A stretch of 61,919 bases of DNA, filler included, from Diploschistes diacapsis (lineage: Eukaryota): NCBI GenBank assembly GCA_023645945.1. It is 5 parts of 5 records of this genome, joined end to end, with 100 filler letters (N's around TTAATTAATTAA, not from the genome) between each part and the next. Parts side by side here need not be neighbours in the genome. Positions count along the whole stretch, not along the records: positions 46,436 to 54,130 come from JALAIB010001251.1; positions 54,231 to 61,919 come from JALAIB010001252.1; 3 more parts are not named here. One strand, given 5' to 3'. Below, in pieces: positions 51,006 through 61,919 of this stretch. Below the pieces are notes generated by a model, which did no database searches, was not told the origin of the DNA, and was given only the letters and a program-made list of their open reading frames with translations. Position numbers and translations under genes: made by a program. The number at the start of each line of letters is the position of its first letter. The first letter of the stretch is position 1.

Positions 51006-52991
51006 TCAGTCACCTATCGAATTCCTCTGTGTAGAGGGCATATCTGTTCTCCAATAACCTGGTGGTGACACGGCACGTGCAAGTAGACTGCTATTTTTCT
51101 TAGATGTCCTAGCTGGCTGAACCTCAAAGATTAGATTTGGGAGATTTTGGCCCTCCTCTCTTACACAATTGTGCGCGTTATTCCTTGACAATGCCCATTC
51201 ACCTTGAATTGAATGCTGTTTACCTCTCTGCTCCAAAGAGCGTGAATGATGCTTCGCAACATCAGCTGCCAAGTGACTGTCTACCATACAAACTTCTTTT
51301 GGGAAGTCACCATCATGGCTATCCGATAATCGGTCCTTTACGGGCTCTTCGCGGTAATCTGACCCTTGAGCAAGTCTTCTGTATAAAGAGATTGGGTCTC
51401 GTCCAGGCTCGAGGGAATGTCGGGAGTTGCCGAGTACCGAATTCTTTAAGTTGCTCTCATACAAGCCATTTGCCCGCAAAGTTTGGTTGGCCTGCCATTG
51501 CCTTTCTGGGACAACCCCTTGTCCTATGTTGTTGGTACCCCCTTGGCCTGAATGTACCTGATCTTGTTCACAAGACTGGGAAGCGTGCAATTTGGCCACA
51601 GAGCATTTGGCAGCAGCATCCAGTACTGCCTGGTTGTCTGGATGTCCCACGTTAGCCGCGTCCTCGTCGATCCGCTTCTCACAGTTGACATATTGCTTGA
51701 CTGACTGAGTCCTGGAAATCTGAGGTACTAGTGGTACAACTGTAGTCCCGGGTTCGCGGGCCGCTTTAGAGGAATACGGATGTCGCATGAGTTTCTTACT
51801 CTTTTTCATATTTAGGGATGCTGCAGCAGGGATGGGAGTTTCATATGTTGTTAAACACTGCGTATTGCCCCCAGTATTACTTTCGTCATTATGAGAAGCT
51901 GTTGGTCCAAATTCAGATGGGCTCAGAAACATTCCCAGATTCTGGGATTTCAGTCGACACCACCTGTCGGGAGCGAATATTGGGACACCAACAACGTCGA
52001 GGTCCATACTCTCATTGAAAGCGGCGGACTGTTCTACAGGAAGCGAATCCTGGTACAGGCACATCTGGTCCGAGCTAACCATTGGGCTTTCGGTATGGCT
52101 TCTTCGAGCACGTTGAGCTGGATGTTGATCAAGGCGTCTCCTCTTTGTACAATGCTTGGGGAGAAGTTCAGGTCTACCGCGTTGTCTGGAGAATGGCAGA
52201 TCTGAGTCTTTCTGTTCTGTTATATGATCTACTAGGCCCAGTTTCTGGGAAGGCCTGGCAGGAGAATTAGAGATCCTAGTGGAACAATGATCCACGCTCT
52301 TTCTTGAGTCCATATTGCCTGTAGGAGAATTGATGATGTCGTTGCATAAAGGGTTGTCCCAGCATGAGCGGAAACTTTGGTATTGGAGGGCTGAAGGGGA
52401 TGGACTGTCAACACTTGAGCTTCTCCTTATATGTTGTGGCAATGCTGTGGGATGCGTGTTATCAGGGTTTGACCTTTGGGGTGACTGGCTGAGGTGGCGG
52501 AAATAACTTATATTTGCGGTTCTGGTAGTTGAAACCTCGGTGGCAGCTTGATCCATGTATTCCGAGCCGTTCTTGAGGCTGATGTCGTAAAGATGCGCTG
52601 ATAGTCGCTGTATAATAGCATTCGATCTTCGCAGCTTTCCCAGAAGGACATGATGGGCTTGCTGAAGTTTTTGATACTCATGATTTTGAGATTCGATCAA
52701 GCGGATGAGTTCTGATTTTTGCTGTACACGTGGGTCCAAGGACTCGACAACGTTTGCGGCACTTTTAATCTCGAGTTTGACAGTACCAATGTCACTTTGG
52801 GAGGAGTAGGGGGATACATGGCCCGTTTTGCGAGCTTCGTCCAATTCAGCCCGTAGGGAGTTGTTCTCCTGCGTCAGCGCATCCAGTAACTCGGTACATT
52901 CTTCCAGTGATTGCATACGCTGGGCAAGGATGTTGTATTCCTCTTCAAAGTCGCGCAGTAGCCCCGACCGAAAGCGTTTAAGAGCATCCAT
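51006..52991 (-). CDS. SAE2/Ctp1/CtIP-like protein, divergent, conserved motifs eroded
   Basis: N-terminal coiled coil; C-terminal SPPGYWRTDMPSTQ matches the SAE2/CtIP (S/T)PPGFWxxDFPSTQ motif; no CxxC or RHR motif. Confidence 0.7.
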   Translation of the reverse strand: MDALKRFRSGLLRDFEEEYNILAQRMQSLEECTELLDALTQENNSLRAELDEARKTGHVSPYSSQSDIGTVKLEIKSAANVVESLDPRVQQKSELIRLIESQNHEYQKLQQAHHVLLGKLRRSNAIIQRLSAHLYDISLKNGSEYMDQAATEVSTTRTANISYFRHLSQSPQRSNPDNTHPTALPQHIRRSSSVDSPSPSALQYQSFRSCWDNPLCNDIINSPTGNMDSRKSVDHCSTRISNSPARPSQKLGLVDHITEQKDSDLPFSRQRGRPELLPKHCTKRRRLDQHPAQRARRSHTESPMVSSDQMCLYQDSLPVEQSAAFNESMDLDVVGVPIFAPDRWCRLKSQNLGMFLSPSEFGPTASHNDESNTGGNTQCLTTYETPIPAAASLNMKKSKKLMRHPYSSKAAREPGTTVVPLVPQISRTQSVKQYVNCEKRIDEDAANVGHPDNQAVLDAAAKCSVAKLHASQSCEQDQVHSGQGGTNNIGQGVVPERQWQANQTLRANGLYESNLKNSVLGNSRHSLEPGRDPISLYRRLAQGSDYREEPVKDRLSDSHDGDFPKEVCMVDSHLAADVAKHHSRSLEQRGKQHSIQGEWALSRNNAHNCVREEGQNLPNLIFEVQPARTSKKNSSLLARAVSPPGYWRTDMPSTQRNSIGD

Positions 52992-53267
52992 AGCAAAGAG
53001 GAGCCTCAAACGACGCTGCATACAACACCCAGGTTCGCGCACCGAGGTCAACTCGATAACCTAATGATGAGCGTGGGATGTTAATTCCTGTAGCTCTGCC
53101 ACCGATCCACATTAAACAGTTGAACCTGATTTTTTTTTTATCAAAGAAATGTATTTAAGGAGCTTCAGAGTTGCGTTCAATTCTGGCTCATATAATGTTC
53201 AAAGTAGGTGGATAAGTGCGCAGATCCCTAATGGTAATGACTAACATATAACTCTTAGACTAACTTA

Positions 53268-53467
53268 ACGTGTTCCACCACACAACGGAACACACCACAA
53301 AACGGAACACTACATTATAATGTAATCAAAAAAAGGCCGAAGAGTAGGGTAGTGTAATTGAGAATAGATTTAGCTTCGTACAAATATGGAAGCGCTCGAT
53401 CTAGCGCAATTACATTATAATGTAGTGTTCCGCTTTGTGGTGTGTTCCGTTGTGTGGTGGAACACGT
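53268..53467. mobile_element. Fot1-derived MITE, copy C (200 bp)
   Basis: 59-bp TIRs with one mismatch, ACGT termini, TA on both sides; interior shared with copies A2 and B. Confidence 0.92.
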
Positions 53468-53469
53468 TA

Positions 53470-54130
53470 ATTATTCCTAGCCTACCTAGCCTGCTTAACT
53501 GACTATTGCTAAGTGTTGAAAGTGGTGGAAGTTCCTAATAGATAACAAATGACTAAGCGTGTATTCTGCAGCTAATCCTAACTAGAAAATATTCCTAGCC
53601 TGCCTAGCGTGGTAGCTGACTATTATTCAGTAAAGATGTATTAAAGAGGTTGAAGGTTCTATCTATGAACAATGGAGGGTGAGAGGCCTTTTATAGGCAC
53701 ATTTCACGCTAGTGGAATTAGTAATAACTTAATTTAGAATGTTCCTTATTCTTTTAAATTATTCCACGCATTAGTAAGCTGAATATTCTAAAATATTCTA
53801 GAATATACAATAATCTTCGATGATATTCTATTATATTCTAGAATATTCTAGAATATTCGAACATGCTAACAGCTTAGTAAGCAATCTGACTGACCTATTT
53901 AGGTTAGTATTCTGACTCTAAGTAATACTATTGTTGCTATTTGTCAAAGTATTCACCTAAATAAACTAGTCTAATAGATTAATTCCTAAGCGAAAGGCAG
54001 GAATATAATTACAGATTAATGTGTTTATAGACGTAAAAAAACCGTAAATAAAAATTATCTCCGAAGGTTATCAAACAGAAAATACTAATTGGCTAAATTA
54101 ATTCCGAAATTATAAAAGTAAATTAAACTG
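53470..54130. repeat. AT-rich RIP-like repeat relic
   Basis: TpA-rich; direct repeat ATTCCTAGCCTRCCTAGC (~53472, ~53591); tandem TAGAATATTC units; 53980-54100 is an inverted copy of 9175-9300. Confidence 0.65.
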
Positions 54131-54230
54131 NNNNNNNNNNNNNNNNNNNNNNNNNNNNNNNNNNNNNNNNNNNNTTAATTAATTAANNNNNNNNNNNNNN
54201 NNNNNNNNNNNNNNNNNNNNNNNNNNNNNN
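54131..54230. other. Artificial contig-joining linker
   Basis: N44-TTAATTAATTAA-N44. Confidence 0.97.
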
Positions 54231-55761
54231 GCTGTGTGAGTTTTTGCTCTTTTTTCGTTGTTCTTGTTCCGTTCTCGTCGGGATCCGAAGTCCGTGGTTG
54301 TCCCGGGGCTCGCGCGAGCTTGTGCGTCACGAAGGCCCGTTGCGGAGGGAATCCGCGGACGTCCGGTAGCACGTTGCGCATATTCCTACATTTCTTTATT
54401 GTCCTTGGGGATGTTGACGAGGAACTGAGCTGACGGGGTGGGTTCATGAGACAGGCTGCCGTTCGCCGTGGGCGCCATAGCCCAAGCGCGCGGCGTCGCT
54501 ACTCTCGAGCCCATTGTGCTGGCTATTCTGGCCTTTCTGCTGGGATTGTGGCTGCTGGTTCCCAAAGTGCCGGCGGAGCAGGGCCGCGGAGAGAGGGGTG
54601 GAGATGCGAGTGGTGGCGAGAGATGGGTGGAGAAGGCGTGAGTTGTAGGGCGGTGGTGATACGATTAGCTTGGCGGTGCTTCCGGAAGCGATAACTGGGG
54701 GTAGGGAGGCGGGTCATTCAAGATACAGGAAGCGTTGCACATGTAGAGCAGAGGAGCGAGAGGGTTCAAAAGGGGCCGACCGCTTGAGGGAGAAGGTATG
54801 AAGGTGCCTACGAAAAACGCGAAGAAAGCATTAAAATAATCGAGCATCAAACTGTAGAACATACGGGGTGCTATGTGAATATTTCGCAGTTTTGACGTTA
54901 CGGACAGAAGTCCGTATGAACCACACCACCTATTTGCTACTACAATCCCCACCAAGCCTTCGTATCGATCTTACGGGGCTGCCCGAATCCGACTCCCAAA
55001 TCCGAATCGTCGGCGTCTCTGATGAATGCAAAGTATGTGGAAGGAAAGCACGAGACCCCGTTTGTTGGTCATTGGAGCGGGAAGTACAAAAGAGAGCGTG
55101 CTCGGCAAAGACGGAAGCACTCGCTCAACACTTGTAAACACAAGGATGAAAAATGCAGAGGAGTTGGGGAGTCGGCTTGTTACTTTAAGTTCCGGATATG
55201 CGTTGTGGTTCACCCACTAGGGTGTCGACGACGCTATACTATACGCTATACGTGATCAAGGTAGGATAAGTACCTTCGCTGCAATTTTCCCCATACAAAG
55301 GTACGCCGTTAAAAGCAGGTACTTTGCCTATTTTGGAGCTAGGGGGCGCATCCCCTCGGATATACAGAGGTAATACTGAGGTACTACAGATGTCACTACA
55401 ACTACAGGGTCATACCTATGGACTATAGGCTGTTGGTATGTACTTTGGGTAGTTTGATAAGTACTAGGCAAAACAGACTTCCTGCTAGTTGCATGCGGGT
55501 GGGGTTTGTGGGCAGGATGTCATTGCCTGGTGTTTGCTAATTCCTACAGAGCTATCTACCAGAGGCAGGATTCTTTAAGATTATTGTCAGCTCTTCCTGC
55601 GTGCAGTTCTTGGGAGCTGCAGGTCTGGATTTGCTTCGATCCGGATAGGGGAGTGATTTTGTGGCCATGTGCGGTCTTTAAGTTGTGTCGTATTCGAACA
55701 CCTACCTCAGGAGCTCCATAGTAGCAGCATGCGAATAACCGACACTCTCTAGCAAGCTACT

Positions 55762-58095
55762 ATGGCGATACGTATGCTGCCCTTTCTGGTTCCGTTGTTT
55801 GCAGCGGCCCGGAATTTATGCTGAGCCCTCCGTCTAGCCCTCGCGGTCGTTGGCACTGCGGCTGCCGGCGCCTACCTGAACGCCAAGCTCCATCTCTATA
55901 AAGACCTGCGGAATCTCTTTCTGTCCAAGCTCAGCGAAAGGGCGTGGGCAAAAGCCGGTTCGTGCACAGAGAGCGCTGCTCGTATACTCCGCGCTCTATG
56001 TTGACAAGAATCGCAGTCAAGGAGAAGAGGGCCAATTGCTTTTACCTGTTCGAAGAGAGCGCGCTGAGATACGGCGAGTCAAACTTCCTGTGGTCCCGTT
56101 CTGGCTGCTATACTTGGAAGGAAGCGTATATAAGAGTTTGTCAATATGGGAACTACTTCCTCTCTCTCGGCCTGCAGCCCGGAGAGTTCGTGGCCGTGTA
56201 CTTGCAGAATTCGCCCGAGTTCATATTCGTGTGGCAAGGGCTGCTTTCTATCGGCTGCGCTCCGGCGTTGATCAATTATAATCTCGCGTCGGACGCTTTG
56301 GTGCATTGTGCCAAGGTGTCGAGCGCTAGTATTATGCTTGTCGATAGCAACGAAGGATGTCAGGAGCGTGTTAGAGGCTCGGTGGATAGGATAGTGTCGG
56401 AATTGGGCATGAGACTGATTACGCTTTCAGATGAGCTACGGACCGAGATAGCAGCATCGAGCTCGGACAGACCATCGGATGCTTATCGGGAGAGGAGCCA
56501 GGGCAAGATTCCCTGCGGCCTTATTTACACGAGGTACGGCATATCGAGAAGATCCAGCTGCCGCTTCCACTAATATCACGCAAGTGGGACCACTGGGTTC
56601 TCCAAGGCTGTCCCTTACCCGATGGCGAGGGTCTATGCGGGCGCCGTTGCGCAAAAGTATAACCTCAGGAAGCCGCCGGGCAAGGATAGTGATAGGTGGT
56701 ATATATGCATGGTAAGAAAACTTCCCTCGACCATTAATCTGGTGGGAGTTAATCGCTTCGGTACAGCCATTATATCATGGAACCGGAGGCATTGCAGCCA
56801 TTGTCAGTAGCATGGTCGGTACTTCGCTGGCGATTGGTAAGAGATTCAGCATCAAGGGCTTCTGGAAGGACATTCGCGATTCACGAGCCACTGCCTTTAT
56901 ATATGTCGGAGAGACGGCTCGGTATCTTCTCGCAGCGCCTCCGTCGCTCGATGACAAGAATCACGACGTCGAGATCATGTATGGCAACGGCATGCGGCCG
57001 GATGTCTGGAGTCGCTTTCAGGACAGGTTTGGTAAGATTACAGGACCCATTGTTCGGCTGTTCAGATATTAACAACTAGGAGGGATCCCAGAAGTTAGGG
57101 AGTTCTTCAACAGCACTGAAGGTAAGCTCAGCCATGTAACCTACCACTTCGCAGAAGATGCTAACTCGTAGCAGGAATGTTGGCTCTCGTTGTAAATAGC
57201 AGAAGTGGTTTCGGTAGAGGCTCCGTGGGTCATAACGGATGGATCATGCGTAGACGCCTACATAATGTCTATATACCGGTATTACTCGATCCTGATACAG
57301 GCGACCTTTGGCGAGATCCTGCGACAGGCTTTGCGAAGCGTCAGCCTTACACCGAAGGTGGCGAGATACTTGTGCAAGTGCCTGATCGAAGTGCCTTTCC
57401 CGGCTATTACAAAGCCGAAAAAGAGACAAGGAAGAGATTTGTGACAGATGTATTCCGGAAGGGGGATATATATTATCGAACAGGAGATGCGTTGCGTCGG
57501 ACCGACGATGGCTTATGGTATTTCTTGGATCGGCTAGGTATAACTAACGGTATCTCATCTTATGAAGGTTAGCTGACGAAGACAGGCGACACCTTTAGAT
57601 GGAAAGGCGAGAATGTCTCGACTACGGAAGTAGCTGAGGTCCTTGGCAGATACCCTGGCATTATTGAAGGTCAACCAATCCCAACGCGTACCTTACTTAC
57701 TAATGCTGACACTGTTCGCAGCGAATGTGTACGGTATCTTGCTCCCGCACCACGATGGAAGAGCCGGGTGCGCAGCAGTGAGCATCAGTCCCTCGTCGTT
57801 AGACAACTTCAACTGGCGTGATCTCGCGGACTTTGTCAGGCAGCGACTGCCTAGTTACGCCGTACCTGTCTTTATCCGGGTGCTGAATGGGGAAGCTGGA
57901 GGCCTCGCTAACCATAATAATAAACAGGACAAGGTGCGGTTGCGCGATGAAGGGGTTGATCCTGGTAGACGTGGAAGCAGGGTACCGAACGGTGAGGACG
58001 ATTTGCTGTACTGGCTCCCTTCGAAGGACTCCGGTTATGTGCCGTTCGATAAGAATGATTGGGAGCGGGTGAATAGTAGGCAGGCGAAGCTGTAA
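55762..58095 (+). CDS. Fatty acid transport protein / very-long-chain acyl-CoA synthetase family (FAT1/CefD1-like), PTS1-bearing
   Basis: MAIP-LAVVGTAAAGAYLNAK, IYTSGTTGFSKA AMP-binding motif, PLYHGTG, YVGETARYL, YYRTGDALRR, DRLGDTFRWKGENVSTTEV; C-terminal AKL; eight introns. Confidence 0.93.
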
Positions 58096-58716
58096 AAACA
58101 ATAACAATCGAGAAGTGAGATGCTCTTTTCATCATAGATATTTATAGAGAGCTTCGTGTTTCATATGATAGCTGGTTGTGTGTGTGGTGTACACGTACCG
58201 CCGTACCGTCGCCATTACAAGATTAAACGTTGCTCTCTCGGGAACCGTGAAACTGTGCAGTAACTAAAGAAAATAGAAAATGTTGAGTCCCAAGCTGCTA
58301 AAGGCCATCTTCAGTAGACTCCATGGTGTCCACGTATTTTTTTCTCTACTAACAGCTAGCAAACTTATGCAGCGTGACGTGAAGGGGCGGGCTTTGGCCA
58401 ACAAGACCAAGCTTTGTGACCTGACGATCCTCAAAGCGTTGGTGAAAGCCCCGTTTGCAAAGCCAAACGGAAGCTTCGAGGAAATGTCCCAATGGCTGAC
58501 CGCGCATGCCTTCGAATTCAAAGAAACCGAGCCATGACGGAATAAATAGAATGGCGCGTCATGATTGAGTGAAGTTGTTGAGCCATTGTGGGGTAAAATT
58601 GAATAAGAGGAGGATCAAGACGCTCCTTCTTTGGAGCTTAAACAAACTTTGAAGTCATTATTCAGTTGAGCTTGAAGTCTCGCCCCAACTCCATCAATTA
58701 GACCAGAACTCGAATC

Positions 58717-60674
58717 ATGGCAGGCCTTGCTAAACACGTATTGTTTTGTCTGTCCTGAAGAGAAGAGCACTCAGCTGACCAAACCATCTCAGGTCGACCC
58801 GGAAGAGGTCATCCAAGGCCTTGAAGGCCATCCCAGAGGCCATCACAAGGCCCTTGCCAACCGCTCCGTCAACCATACAACCCCATACTCAACTCGCTAT
58901 GCTTCTTCCGAGGAGATCCCCAAGTTCCGGATCCCTCAGAACGGAGTGGAGGCGGAAGCGGTCCATGCGATGCTCAAAGATGAGTTGGACTTGGATGGCA
59001 GACCCAATCTCAATCTCGCTAGGTGAGCCTCTCGCCATGGCAAACACAGCATCTCATAACACATGCTAGCTTTGTGGGAACCTACATGGAGCGCGAGGCG
59101 GATCAGCTGATTATGGAAAACATCGCCAAGAACATGTCTGATGCCGACGAGTATCCGGCAATGATGAACATGCATGCCCGCTGCATTTCGATAATCTCGC
59201 ACCTCTGGGGCGCTCAAAAGGGAGAGAAGCCAATTGGGACTGCCACAACCGGTACGGTCTTCCGCCTGGCAATCTGCCAGATTCTAACATCTACTAGGCT
59301 CCTCAGAAGCTATCCATTTGGGCGGTTTGGCCATGAAGAGGAGATGGCAGGAGAAACGCACAGCTGAGGGAAAGGATACCTCGAAGCCCAACATCTTGAT
59401 GGGTGCCAACGCTCAGGTTGCTCTGGAGAAGTTTGCCCGCTATTTCGAGGTTGAGGCTCGTATCCTTCCGGTATCGGCGAAGAGCCGCTACAGGCTCGAC
59501 CCAGAGCTGGTCAAGGAGAATATTGACGAGAACACAATTGGTGTTTTCGTGATTCTGGGAGTATGAGATTCCACGGGCCGAGTAAAGACTAAGCTAACGC
59601 TTACAGTCCACATACACCGGTCATTACGAGCCAGTCGAAGAAATCTCTAAGATTCTTGACGATTTTGAATCCAAGACGGGCCATGATATCCCTATCCACG
59701 TCGACGGTGCGTCTGGAGCTTTCATCGCACCATTCACCCACTCCAAAGCAGGCTTCAAGTGGAACTTCGAACTGCCACGCGTCAAGTCCATTAACACCAG
59801 CGGACACAAATTTGGTTTGGTAGGCTTGCATCCCGTCCCTCGCTAGAAGGACTGAACTGACTAAAGAAGGTCTATGCTGGTGTTGGCTGGATAATATGGC
59901 GCGACGAATCCTACCTGCCCAAGCATCTGATCTTCGAGCTTCACTACCTGGGCGGAACAGAAGAGAGCTACACCCTCAATTTCTCTCGGCCGGGAGCACA
60001 AGTCATCGGACAGTACTTCAACCTGATTCACCTAGGATTCAATGGTTATCGCGATATCATGGAAAATTGCATGAAGAATGCGCGCCTTCTTAGCAGCGCT
60101 CTGGAAGCCAGTCACTGGTACACTTGCGTTAGCGAGATTCATCGTAAGAAGGGCACCTTTACCTACGATAAATCTGCTGTAGAGCAGAATGACAAGGACA
60201 TAAACAAAGCTGGCGAAACGACGGCGGCCTACAATGCCGGTCTTCCAGTAGTAGCTTTCAGATTGTCTGACGACTTCAAGAAGAAGTTCCCACAGATCAA
60301 GCAAGTCGCTGTCAGCAATCTTCTGCGAGCGAAGCAATACATTATCCCCAGTAAGCCACCCTTTAGTCTATCACAAGCGTGGCCATAGCTAATCTTTTTT
60401 TCCTGACTACTCATTACCCCCGAACGAAGATAAGATCGAGATTCTCCGCGTCGTTGTCCGAGAGTCGATGTCGCGAGACCTACTCGACCGCCTCATCGCC
60501 GACATCTTCCAAGTTACCGAGACGCTCATGGAATCCGATGCATCAGATCTGCAAGCATATCAGCCAGTCACTCCGTCTGTTGAGAAACAGCATGCCAGCA
60601 AAGGCCATGACCACAAGAACAAGCATAAGGCAAATCGCCCGATGAGCAAAGGTGTCCACCGATCTGTCTGCTAG
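58717..60674 (+). CDS. GAD1: Glutamate decarboxylase (PLP-dependent)
   Basis: [66 protein letters not shown]; last intron lacks a canonical AG acceptor. Confidence 0.94.
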
Positions 60675-61919
60675 GGGAAGAGCTTGCAAATAATCGGGCG
60701 GGATCGTATCAGGTGGAATTGAAATAGCAATTATCAGATACTGCGTCAATCTCGTGAAGAAGATGTATTGTAAGCAGAAAGGTGATCCAAGTCACGATAT
60801 CGTCGTCCCCATTGTATGTGTACAGCCAGAGTGCTCCCGAGTTCCCTACTCTTCCGACCCATCTTCTTCCCTCTTATGACCACGGAGTGCTCCTGGCTCG
60901 TCTTACCATGCCTCCATCCCATTGCAATCCATTCTTTTTCCTCCCATACCACGGGGTACTCCCAGCTCATGTCTCCATGCCGCCGCTCCATCGTATATAT
61001 ATATCTGGAGCGCTCCCAAGTCCCCTTCCTCAGCGGAGTACTCCCGGCCCCATCTCACCAGGGGTGGGGAGGGGGTAACTCCCAGGCTCACCAATTGCCA
61101 ACCCTCATATACATGGCTGAGGATCTTTTTGATCTGGATCGAGATAAAACTAAGTTTGTGTCTATGACAACATCGGATGCAGAACTCCGACTGTTTTTTG
61201 CCCTGCCGTTCGTCACACACCGCCGGGGTTCTCTCCCGAGGGGAAAAAGAAACTCTGCACGTTCCGCAGAACCATGAGAGAGAAAATAGGAGGAGGGAAA
61301 CCGTGGTTTCCTCCCTTCAGGTCCGTCTGTCTGTCTGGCTGTCTGGCTGTCTTACACGAGGCGCAAACAAACCCTCAGCATGCTCCTCAACCGCCTCGCG
61401 CGGCCCCCGTCGTCCTGCACCGCGCGGGTCTTCGGGTATGCTGCTCCCTCTTCCAAACCCAACAAAAACGCCCCTCTTGTTAACTACCACCGAGGTGCCT
61501 TCCAGCCGTGCACACATCCACTAACTGGCCAGAACTCCCCCCCTCTCCCAGTCTCGACACCGGCACAACCGGCCCCCGGTAACAACAATGCCCACCTTCC
61601 CCCCCGAGGCGGCGGCCTGTGTCCTTGGCGCGTGTTCATCGAGGGCCTCCTGGTCAAGGGCGTGGGGCGAGGGCGTCTTCCTGATGACGGTACATGTGCT
61701 CGTGGCGAGTTGTGCCGCAGGTTTATATTTAGCGTGGGGGATTGCGGCGGGGTGTTTTGTTTTGCTGTGGCACGGAGAGGCTCCGCGGGCCGTGGGCGTG
61801 GCCGGCGCCGCTGGCGGTGCAGGTGGTGCTTGCGCTGGCGAATGCGGCGGCGTGTGGGATGCTGGTGCCGCAGAGCCCGAGCTGGTTGCTGGCGGAGGGG
61901 GACGAGGGAGGAGAGAGGG

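Noticed and set aside
50881..51068. Poly-Leu signal-peptide-like ORF 50883-51068
   Set aside because: Produced by the (CTT)n microsatellite, antisense to the SAE2-like 3' end.
54231..55260. Short ORFs at the start of the last contig
   Set aside because: No recognisable domain or consistent exon chain; cannot be supported.
61520..61919. GC-rich open frames at the window end, possibly the 3' end of a minus-strand gene
   Set aside because: Low complexity, truncated by the window edge, and frame ambiguous.

Overview
Genomic DNA of a filamentous ascomycete (Pezizomycotina-type short GT-AG introns with CTRAC/CTAAT branch sites). The window is five contigs joined by artificial 100-nt N44-TTAATTAATTAA-N44 linkers (7699-7798, 38541-38640, 46336-46435, 54131-54230), so adjacency across linkers is not established. 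Housekeeping genes: Rab11/Ypt31, COX5 head-to-head with ATP2, mitochondrial ClpX, glycogen branching enzyme, ERG24, CNS1, HIS5 (cut by a gap), a FAT1-like peroxisomal acyl-CoA synthetase, glutamate decarboxylase and an intron-containing tRNA-Ile(AAT). Other genes: a frameshifted GH18 chitinase, an MFS transporter, a chromodomain protein, a large DnaJ protein, a SWIRM protein and an eroded SAE2/CtIP-like gene. The most notable signals are: (i) two small spliced genes, missed or mis-ended by the ORF track, encoding PY-motif proteins with a C-terminal membrane anchor (one His-rich) on either side of the MFS transporter; (ii) a rearranging family of Fot1/pogo-derived MITEs with ACGT ends and TA target sites, one of which sits 91 nt upstream of the ERG24 ATG and carries an intact 54-codon helix-turn-helix mini-ORF, while the long Fot1-like copies are destroyed by RIP-like mutation; (iii) an apparent GT-TG intron in GAD and an in-frame, stop-free 234-nt intron in the DnaJ gene. 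All family assignments come from motif recognition by eye; no searches were run.
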